This document shows positions 10,703 through 20,000 of a stretch of DNA of 20,000 bases, piece by piece; positions within the stretch are counted from its first letter, which is position 1, and every line of letters starts with the position of its first letter. The translations under genes were made by a program, and so were the position numbers. The DNA is from Circinaria calcarea (taxonomy: Eukaryota). Location: contig JAVECS010000002.1 in the NCBI GenBank assembly GCA_051942165.1, positions 46,663 to 66,662 on the forward strand, in the 5' to 3' direction. Under the pieces are notes generated by a model. It ran no database searches and had not been told where the DNA came from. It was given only the letters and a program-made list of their open reading frames with translations.

Positions 10703-13700
10703 TCATGGTTCGTTCAAGCCGTGACTGTCAGGTCCAAAAAGGACAGAAACGCCGTCATGCTTTGAAAAATCGGACGCATATTCGTTGGTATTAAACTTTG
10801 GCAGTAACATCTTTGATCCGTGATGTTCACCTTTTAGCCACGCATCAGAATCAGGGTGTACACGCGGCGGTGGCGGGCTATGGCCCTCGAGCTTCGCATT
10901 CAACCTATCCGGCATTTCAACAATGTCATCTTTGGTCAGGATCTTTTTAGGCGTCCATGGCGGAGAGGTCTTGTGTGGACTTGGAGGCGTTGGAGGTGTA
11001 GTGCTGGCCTCTCTCCCCATTGCCTCAGCATGCCGTTGTGTCGGAACAAAACTGTCTGACATCATAGGAACCTCGGAATCTTCGATGCCAGACATGACAT
11101 GATAAGTCGAATGTGGCAAGGGCTGTGCTAACCTACTGATCTCATTCTTCGGGAGATCGTTAACGTATTGTGTAGCCGAAAAAGTTCGGGTATGGCTATC
11201 GTAATGTATCCATCGATCACCCTATGCGTGTCAGTTGACATCACAAAGTCGTAAGTAGGAGACAAACAGCAGCAATACGAGTTCCCAGCCACAGTATTCG
11301 CTCTATGCGAGGAGCAGCGAAGGAGGGAAGTTCAAGAGACCGTTCTTCGTCATCTACCTTTGCGTCCTTAAACCACGTATTCGGAAAATAGTTGTTACTC
11401 CACAATTGACCGCGCATAACAAAGTCTTCTGGCAAAGGTCTACTAGTACCGGTATCGGGCTTCGGGAAAGCTTCGTTGGTAATTCTGTTCGTTGTTACTT
11501 GGGACTTCGCCAACGTAGTCAAGAATGAAGCCAGCTCAGACCAGGGGACGTCCATCTCGATTTGTTTCATTGCTTTTTCAACAGCAATAAGGCTCCGAAG
11601 AAACACAAGATAGGTGTGCACCAATGGGTATACGTTTTTATCGCCCACACGTCCGAGGGCAACTGAAAGGGTACCAAAGGTTATCGTCGATGCATGTTTG
11701 ATATTTCTTCTAGATAATTCGACTTCGTGTTCCGTTAAGCCGTCAACAGTCAGTTTTGGTGCAGATGGAGTAGCTGGAATTTCGAGGCTATCAACACCCT
11801 CAGCCTTTGCTGAGGAATGTTCCTGTCCTTGCACTTTCCGAACTTGAACTTCCTCAAAAGCCAAGCGAAATATGGACCTCGAAAAATCCTTGGCACGTAA
11901 TCGCCCATAGTCGAACAGCGAAGCAATGTTAGATAATGCCGCAAACACCCCTTGTTCCTTGAACTTAGCAGTCACTCGTCCAATGTAGCTGTCCATTAAA
12001 CCATCACGCAACTGTTGGACGCAATTACTGAACTCCTCAGTAGAAGTTTCTGTAAAGAGCAACCCATGCGCCTTGATGAAGATTGTTTCCACGGACGATG
12101 CTCTGTGATATACCGACTCCCGCCCTTCTAATATCGGGTTGAAGAGGGTCATGATACTCGCCCTAGCACTTTCAAAAGGTAAAACGCAAGTTAGAGCTCG
12201 TAAGTAAAGGCTTAGCTGCTGCAGGGTGAATGGCCTGGCCAGGATCGCTAGATGGTGGTACAGGCGTCCAACTTGCGGATTGTTGTCGGCTGCTTTACCG
12301 TACCAGAACCGAGCGACACCAGACCAGACCTCCCGGTCCCGTATGTCATCGTCTTCGATCGCCATACGATATCTACCCAGATCCCCCAAGCACTCTATCC
12401 AGGTATCCTCAAAAGTGGGGACAGTCTCATATAACAATGCCATCATTGAGTAAGCAATATATATAAAAGCTAGCATATGATCTAGAGACTCCGGGAGCCG
12501 GTGCCTGAGGACTTCGAGGAAGGCGTGGATCCCATGTCTCCACATTCTCGCTGGCATTGAATATTTAGCTGCCAGTCGACTTAGAGCTGGACTGGCGGAA
12601 GGATGCTGAGACGCAAGGAAGAAATCATGGTGTTCATGGAGCAACGTCTTATGTAAAGCTATTAACGCCTGCCATTGTTCAGTTGTTAAGAGGGTTCGAC
12701 GTGCAGGATTTCTATCTTGTGCAGCCGCAGACTGCTTTTCATCAACGTCGATACACTTAGCTTCGACCATGACCAAGCCAGCATAAATGCCTTTGACTTC
12801 AACAACTAATTGTTCATGAGATATGGGACGGGTTTCAGGCTGTAATAGTATCTTTGGCTCTTCATCCATCCAAATATCGGAGTCAGACTGGCCACCTGCT
12901 AATTCCGGATAATCTGGCTGCTCCAAAGACGGAGTAATTTCATAATCAGAAGGCCGCTGCTGACGAGCATAGCCCTGAGCAGCACGATCCTTAATTTCAA
13001 ACGATTCATACTGGGAACTGAATAAACGTGACCTAGGATCATGTACTCGCTGAGAAGCTAGGGACGTATCAGCCTTTTTAGATCGGTGATTATTTGAGCT
13101 GTATGGAGGGCTATCAGTGTTTGGGTCGAATAGCCTCCTGCTTGGTGTGGAACGATCCCGAGGTAATTCTGTTTCGCTAATTAGAGGGGTCCGCCTGTTA
13201 AATTCGGGGTCTTTGGATATAAATGGGCCGCCAGATAGTGCTTTGGTACGTCGAGTTCTTGATAATCCATTCTCTTCCAAGTTATCCGCGGGTTGGTTCG
13301 CGAGAGATTCTCCTGCGGCCGCGCGCTTCAGGGGATTGAAAGATGGTTGGGATGCTCTTCCGTCTCCGGACATATGGGATGAAGGAATGTCTGCAATTTG
13401 GTTCAAAGAAAGCTTCTCAAAATTTCCGATCTTATTATCCAGTGACCTTGGGGGACCCGTGGTAGACACCGGTCTACTCGACGGGGAATGAGATTGTCCA
13501 TCATCCCCAATGTTTGGTTTCATTGAATCATTGTCGTTGGAAGACGCCTTCGACATCCGTGGGAACAAACCAGAGGCAAGTCGACTTGAACCCTTCTGCT
13601 TGCTGTTTCAAAGTGTTAGCGTTCTCCAAGACTGCCGTCTCTCATGCAGTGCATCGAAGATAGGAAGAGAGTGCCGGGTGTATTTGGCGTTAGAAGTGAG

Positions 13701-13935
13701 GATCTTGATGCACTTACGATCTGTTCAGTGCTTCGGCAACGAAAGGCTTCCAAGGTGCGCTCTCTCGCGAACTCCCAACAGCTTCCGCATGATTGGCGGT
13801 CGCATGATCCCACAATCTCTGCTCGGTCTGAAAGAGATGTTCATCTGGACAGTATGGGCAGATGAATGTCCTGGTGGACCGTCGTTGATGTTCCTGGAAC
13901 TTCCTAGCGAGGATATGGCCCTTTTCCGTGCTCAT
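10703..13935 (-). CDS. Est1/SMG5-6-7 family (EST1A-like, 14-3-3/TPR-like DNA/RNA-binding) protein with N-terminal C2H2 zinc finger; complement(join(10703..11221,11268..13602,13718..13935)), 1023 aa
   Basis: Conserved fungal Est1-like core: QPETRPISHEQLVVEVKGIYAGLVMVEAKC, LHEHHDFFLASQHPSAS, MPARMWRHGIHAFLE, WIECLGDLGRYRMA, GRLYHHLAILAR, RPLPEDFVMRG, RIERILWLG. Introns 13603..13717 (GTAAGT..GCTAAC..CAG) and 11222..11267 (GTTTGT..ACTGAC..TAG) join ORFs 13714..13935, 11241..13568 and 10703..11119 in frame. Confidence 0.88.
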
Positions 13936-14115
13936 TATATCGGAAGCCAGGTGCCAACGCTATCTTCCGAGTTGGAGAAGAAGAACATCCGCAAGCTAAA
14001 TGATGGCCTGCGACGACTGGTAATGTGAATCAGTGCTGTAGACGATAGAGTTAAATCTGGCATTGCGGTCAATACCTCGATCCTCTGTCAGAGTTCCGCA
14101 ATCGGAGACGCTTTC

Positions 14116-14222
14116 TATGTGACTGTCACCACGTGATTAGCACGATGAGCCGTGGATCTCCAGGATGCAGGTTGTTGACATTTGAGTGAGAAGCGGTGAA
14201 AGACAAAAGACATACTTAGCAT
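14116..14222 (-). promoter_or_regulatory. probable 5'-UTR intron (14123..14215) interrupting a tiny uORF (M-L-I-T-stop) upstream of the Est1-like gene
   Basis: The minus strand reads ATG CTA A|GTATGT...GCTAAT...GACAG|TC ACA TAG, with consensus donor, branch and acceptor. Confidence 0.5.
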
Positions 14223-14464
14223 GAGGCTCAACAATCGCCTTAAATGGTTGCCTTATGGCGAACTTCCATGCATCAGGCAGCATAAGTAGGCAACCCCGCT
14301 ATTTACCCGAAGCCGCGCCCTTGCTACCCTACCAGGTGACTTTGTGTTGCTGCCTCTTCGCCTCGTTTGCCCTACCTACCTACACTGCTCGGTGATCCTG
14401 TCTAGAAAAAGAGATTTTTATTTGCATCAGAGTATTTTTGCACAGGTATTCGAGTTGACCCCCA

Positions 14465-14551
14465 AAGTACTCCGTATAGAAAGAAAATATTATTGATCAA
14501 GCTCGATCACTGTTTCTTGGTATTAGGATATCCAGTACGGAGTAAGTACTT
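14465..14551. repeat. imperfect nested inverted repeat bounded by TACTCCGTA/TACGGAGTA
   Basis: aagtactccgta (14465-14476) pairs with tacggagta-agtactt (14536-14551). Inside are aagaaa/tttctt and the near-palindrome tgatcaagctcgatca. Confidence 0.5.
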
Positions 14552-17500
14552 AACAACTCCTACGACCCCTGCAAACGTTCCCCGCACGGTACAGGTCACT
14601 CCATGTATGCAGTTACACGCTTTCCTTCCCACCCGAGCGTTCGCCTCGCTGCCTCATCTGTTATCATTGCTGAGTTTTTTCCTCGCTGTGTTGGAGCTCT
14701 TTGAACACAACAGCGTTACACTGCTCGACCTGTAATACGCTTACAGCCCCGGTTTTCCCTATACGGACAATTCTTCTCCTTGACGTCTTCGAAACGTTAT
14801 ATGTAAGACGTTCAGACTTCACCATCTCTATATATCAGCTTACTGTGTTCTTCAGACTTGTCGCAAAGTCGTGAGAGGTCACATCTAAATGTCGGTGAGC
14901 GATGCGGTGTTCCGGAATCATTCCAACATCAACAGGCTCACTAACTAGTAGCACACCTGCGACGAGACCCAGCCCATTGCTGGCAAGCCGCCTGAGGACC
15001 GGCAGCCAATGCAGAAGCTCAGAACCTGCTCATCATTTGGCCCCGAACCTTGTATAATCAATGAATGCCACTTCCTCTGAATCATGGAGAACGGCAAGGA
15101 GATGCACTGCAAATTAAGGGGGCGGATGCAGGATCAGGTCCTTACTCTTTCCATCTCGTGATATGCAAGCCTGCAACGGCAGCACAGAGGCAACTGGCGA
15201 CTGTGCCAGGTATAGCTTCCAGCGAATGGCCTTGTCACAGCAACCATCCCAAATATGCGTTGCAACCTGGAAGCGGAGGAGCCTTCACTATGGTTGTGTT
15301 GCCTGAGGTATCAACCTTGTGGCTTCTGTTTGAGCTTCTATGCTTTGACCCGAACCTCAGCGTAGGCATAAGGCTAAGCTTAAAGATAGCACTTGCCAGT
15401 GAATTGATATTTACCGGCACGGTTGCACTGAGCATGGAGAATGTCCAAATTACAGATGATATAGCTAGATGAACAGTAGTAAGACCTCAGTCGGCTCCTT
15501 TACCTTCGGTTTGCATTTCAAGAAAGTCACTCCAAGCTTTACCCATGTGGGCTAACCAATTGGCTCCCTGCACGCTGCAAGCTGCATGAAGCCCTACCAA
15601 TCAGGAAAAAACAGGGCCACTCTACCTGAGTAAAATACCCTTTCATAATACCTACAGTTCTTTCTGAGGCTGTTCGTTTGGCCGACATATAAGATGACAC
15701 GACATCCCACCGCATTCGAGTTTAACTCGTGGCTACCCAAATTTCCAATGATGCCGAACTCTCTCATTCCAACGATGGCTACGTACATATGCCAGTGGCT
15801 GACCGAAGATGGCCCCTGAACAATGGTCAAGAGCCCCGCTTTGCCTGATAGCAGTTATCACGGTCTCACTAAGCCATTTTCTGGGCTTGAACGTATCGAT
15901 GCTGTAATCAATGCATTAGTATGGGCCGGTTAGCCGATCCAGTCTGTGTGCGCAAGGCTGTCTGCGTGTACGCCATACAGAGGCAACCACGAACTCTTGA
16001 GCTATTTACCCTCGCGACTTTACGGAGTAGAACTCGGCAAATTGAACCGACTCGCTGAACTTGGTCGCTCACACCACTGTTCAGTTCCTATCACCGGTCA
16101 TATTGTGTAGCATACGAGGATTTTTGATCTGCAAGAAGTTTGGGGTGCTTCCTTGGCTCATCGACAGTGATCGCCTCACTTTCACTCTTGGATCTCACCC
16201 GTCCGCAAGCATGCGGGTACTGACCCACCATGGAAACAAAACTCAACCCCCACACCCTTTTCACATGAACCAACCTCCAAGCGCATGTGGTTAAAGCGGT
16301 TACTTTCTAATCGGAGCGATGACCACTCCCTCTCACAGTCCCAGAAGAAGTTGATGGCAGGACTCTTGAGATGTCAACCTATCTGTGAGTGCCAATCAGT
16401 GGATATACAGCTAGTATCCATCCAGCGCGTTGAAGTGTCGATACTATTTGCGAAAGGGTTGCATAAGGACTATCTTGGAGGCCCAGGCAATCTCACACTT
16501 GGGTCTATCATGCCCGTTTGACCTAGACGGTCAGGTGACTGTCTGAGCAGTTTCATACGTTTCCGCAGAAGCTTCTTCTGATATGAATGGCTACAGCATA
16601 TAAATAACCTATGGATGTCATGGTACCCTCGGTTACTCGTACCCAATTGAACGTTGCGTTGTGGCTTCGACATCTGGTGGGTCAAGAACTAGACCATCGG
16701 CCTCCTTCGTTGAATACGAATTTGAAGATTTGACATATGAAGAACAAATGCAAAGGTCCCTTTCTCTACTCATCCAAATGACTTACGTATTCTGCCTGTC
16801 TTCTTTTCAGTGTGTCCAGCTTCGTCCACGTCAGATCTCTTCTGACAAAGTACCTGCTTCTTTGGTGTGCTTACAATTATGATTCTAATACTTTTGACTA
16901 AAGTGGTAACTCATGCTAATGCTCACTGTCATACTTGACGGCTGTGGTGGCGGCCAAGCCACCTCGAGTGGCAAAGATGACGAATATCGCCACTGTAGTA
17001 CAACTTGTGAGTAATCACACGGAAGGAAATAACTTGGAATTCCATTACGAGACTCCAGAGTATACTCGGGGTGGCGCGCGATGCTGAGTCTTTTGACGCT
17101 CGAGAATGATATCGACGACGACATGATAGACTTAATTTGGAAGTCGCCGAAATCGGGCCGACTCTGCCGGTTCGAACCGCTCACAGTCATTCGTGGCTGA
17201 AATTCCTATCACCCCTTAAGTGGCGACATAAAAATTCTATCGCCATTTAGTTCAGAGATAACAGTATTGCCACGACACCACTTCGGAGACGTGACGAGGG
17301 AATTGGTCAACAACTAAATTCGCCACAAATATTACGAGTCAAGCTGAGAAATCTATTTATGCTTGTGAGTGACCGGGTTATTGCATATTGTATTCGTCTT
17401 GATAAATGCTTAGCTTACTTCTGTTAGCGCATAACATTTCAGCACCGCAAGGGAGTTGTACTTGATGCCTGTTGACCTCGTCGTTTCTCTCGGTCGAATG

Positions 17501-19080
17501 GAGAACCAGTGCACTGCCAAGTTCCAAGCTAGATGCACTTCACCATGGAGTGAAAGCCTATTGAGTTCCTCCAAATATCCTAGTCTTCGATTGTAAGCAA
17601 CACCACTCTTAAGAAATGTCTTATTCCCTTGGCTTGCCAAACTCTAAAGTGTGGGTCCGATATTGGATGTGTGTGATGTCCGTCGTCGCTCTCTTGGCTG
17701 CCTTTTTTCATCGACGGTATTCTAGAAGAAGCCATCTTTGCTAAGCCCGTTTACGCGTACACCTTCTATGTTGTTGATCAATTGTAGCAACCACTAAGAC
17801 AGCGTTCTACAAGGTTACATGTGACATCAGAAGCCTATCACTCTCGTCTAACATTGATATTCCTTGATCTTCCCGCATGATATGACGGTGGAAATCTCAC
17901 ACCTGGTCACCTTTACATGGCTTTACCCAGCAAGGCCACACCTCACGGAAAAGCACGGCTCTGTACAAGCTGCACCAGTGGCACACACGGAACAATGGCA
18001 AATTGTGTAAGCTTTAGGCAGAAACTATGATTCCGTCGTACCGCGCATATTAATCATGTTTTTTAGCAACTTGGTAAGAACTAGGCCTGCTTTCTGCCTA
18101 CTTTTTAGAAGTCCTGCCTTCTTTACCTATCGTTCACTTGCATACATTCATCCCTCAAACCGCTAGTAAATTGAACAGGCACCATGCCGAAGTTTTGATA
18201 AAGGCAGAGCCAGTCATGTCAGTTTTCATACTGACACACTTGACGCCTAATCGCGGTAGGGGTATTTTTTCTTCGTCTTACTACGCGAGTGGCGGTGAGC
18301 CGAGCAGCCAGTCATTCACTACGCTTCGTCATCTTCGTATTGTCATCCACCTGGGCAATAGAAGGCGTTCATCTCACAATGCCTCGTATACTAAGTCAGT
18401 CATTTTTGGCCCTTGAAGACCTCTAACGGAACACCGGGGCAAGCTATCATCTTGGGCACAGCTAGCTATTGGACCCAAGAACCCCACGTCATAGGGGTTT
18501 TTACTAGGGCGGAAATTCCCAAGTGGATCTTGTCAGATCCGTAACAAAAGATAAGTCTTGAGCCACGAGTGGTCGAAGCTCTCTGCGGCCATTTTCAAGC
18601 TATTGTAGTTGGACCTTTCCACTTACCTGATTTATGGCCATGTCCCTACAGCCACCTTGATTATTCCTCCGAGGTTCCTCGGCTCTGGACTCTTCTTTTA
18701 GGCTTCCTTGCGTTGCATAAGTGTGCCAGCGAGCCGTGCCTCGTGACTACCCTGCCTCGAGACGTCCAAGCAAAAGATTGCGAACAGCCCCGAAACCCGC
18801 AAATCCTTGCCGTCATTGTTGCCTATCTGACATGCAGCATTCGGGCGTTTCAGGCGCAAATTGAGTCGTATTGTGGAGATCCGAGCCAGGTGTTTGCCTG
18901 GAAGATGCTCGTAAACCTTTACCTACCGCGTAATGAACACACGACAGCTTGTTCTAGAATCCACGAGGCTGGCATTCTATTGCACAGACTCTTTCTCGGT
19001 TGAAAACAAGGTTCAAAGTCAGTATGATTTATAATACGGCCCCTGTGTATTCTACCGAGCTTTCCTGTATGCTATTCCTT

Positions 19081-19191
19081 AGCCCGTTGCTCTGGCAGAC
19101 CGAACCGTGCGTTTCTTGGATACATTAGGCTGGCGGACCAGAAGCTGGAGTGTGCACGAGTGCACGGTTCGGTCTGCTAGTGCCACGGTCT
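19081..19191. repeat. long inverted repeat / hairpin (~30-bp imperfect arms, 16-bp perfect core, 51-nt loop)
   Basis: gcagaccgaaccgtgc (19095-19110) is the exact reverse complement of gcacggttcggtctgc (19162-19177). Pairing extends outward with a few mismatches. Confidence 0.85.
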
Positions 19192-19629
19192 CAGGGGTAT
19201 ACTCTATGACCTTTTCTCTTTTGATAGGCTGTGATTGGGCAGTATTGAAGTTGTGGTGCATAATATACTCTGGATTTTTTGCCCGTGAGAGCTGGATTGC
19301 GTACATTTGGCATCATCATAGTCTACACATTCTGTTCGGTTTTACCCAATAAGCTGTCCAAGTTAGCTACGCCCTCCCCAACAACCGTTAACTTACTCGA
19401 CCATTTCAAGTCATTCCAGTAATTGGGCGTAGCTGACATCTCCGTATCTCCCAGCTTTTCTTTCCCCCCTTGCATTCCCCAAACTGCCCCTTACCAAGTT
19501 TAGCACTAGGGGTACTCCAAAATCCACAGATTTCTTCTCCGAGACGTCCAGTGTCAAAGCCATCTATCTGCCTGCCATGTCGATTTTCCGCATACGGTGC
19601 AGGCACACTCCTCCACTTTCTATATCGAC

Positions 19630-19765
19630 AATAAATCTAACTGCGAGACTATTTCTGTTAGATTTATTCGCCAGGAGATTTTTGCTTCGCACTCTGCGGA
19701 AATCTTTCTCTTCGCGCTGTACGGAAGATTTTCACTTCACTGTGCGATCCGACACGGTGATTTCT
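19630..19765. repeat. cluster of short inverted repeats built on AAATCT/AGATTT
   Basis: Perfect 12-bp stem aataaatctaac (19630-19641)/gttagatttatt (19657-19668), with further AGATTT at 19676 and 19726 and AAATCT at 19700. Confidence 0.65.
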
Positions 19766-20000
19766 GTAAAACTGTGAATGGGATTGAATAGAACATGAGA
19801 GTTGCTTTTCCAGGACCGATACTACCACCCACCCCTCATACTTTCTAATTCCGGCAACCCACCTTTACTTCCCAATGTCAAGATTGAGCGATTCGAAGTC
19901 GCTCAAATCAATCAATTGCCAAAATCCCCCCTACACTCGAAAAATCCCTCTCGGAGGGCAATGAACGATATGTCTTTCTCACCCATCCCCCCCCCTTCCC

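Noticed and set aside
13117..14028. Plus-strand ORFs of 124 and 172 aa
   Set aside because: Antisense to the Est1-like exons with no recognisable motifs; best explained as shadow ORFs.
14130..14137. CACGTG E-box upstream of the Est1-like gene
   Set aside because: A single hexamer that falls inside the predicted leader intron.
15065..15472. 135-aa plus-strand ATG ORF
   Set aside because: No recognisable domain or supporting splice structure; not called as a gene.
17160..17185. GGTTCGAA T-loop-like motif (similar ones at ~1363, 2281, 9449)
   Set aside because: No 5-bp T stem or cloverleaf can be built.
18477..18510. Small hairpin aacccc...ggggtt followed by CTAG, resembling a Helitron 3' end
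   Set aside because: CTAG is not followed by T, the spacing is too short and no Rep/helicase remnant is seen.

Overview
Fungal (ascomycete, Pezizomycotina-type) genomic DNA with short GT-AG introns; no prokaryotic features, rRNA, tRNA or CRISPR were found. Three genes are well supported. (1) The 3' part of a plus-strand single-pass membrane protein with a Ser/Pro-rich tail (<1..1430). (2) A five-exon minus-strand fungal NLR (HeLo-like N-terminus, NACHT, ankyrin repeats; 6807->3919). Two of its ankyrin units are ~92% identical at DNA level, and three further ankyrin units lie beyond a 1-nt frameshift and a TAA stop (to 3401). (3) A three-exon minus-strand Est1/SMG5-7-like helical-repeat protein of about 1023 aa (13935->10703). 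It has an N-terminal C2H2 zinc finger and a probable spliced uORF in its leader. The spacers hold degenerate TTAGGG-like repeats, a possible cryptic spliced gene, RIP-like gene relics and several inverted repeats. One hairpin arm matches sequence upstream of the NLR. Exon structures were derived by hand, and family names rest on motif recognition, not database searches.
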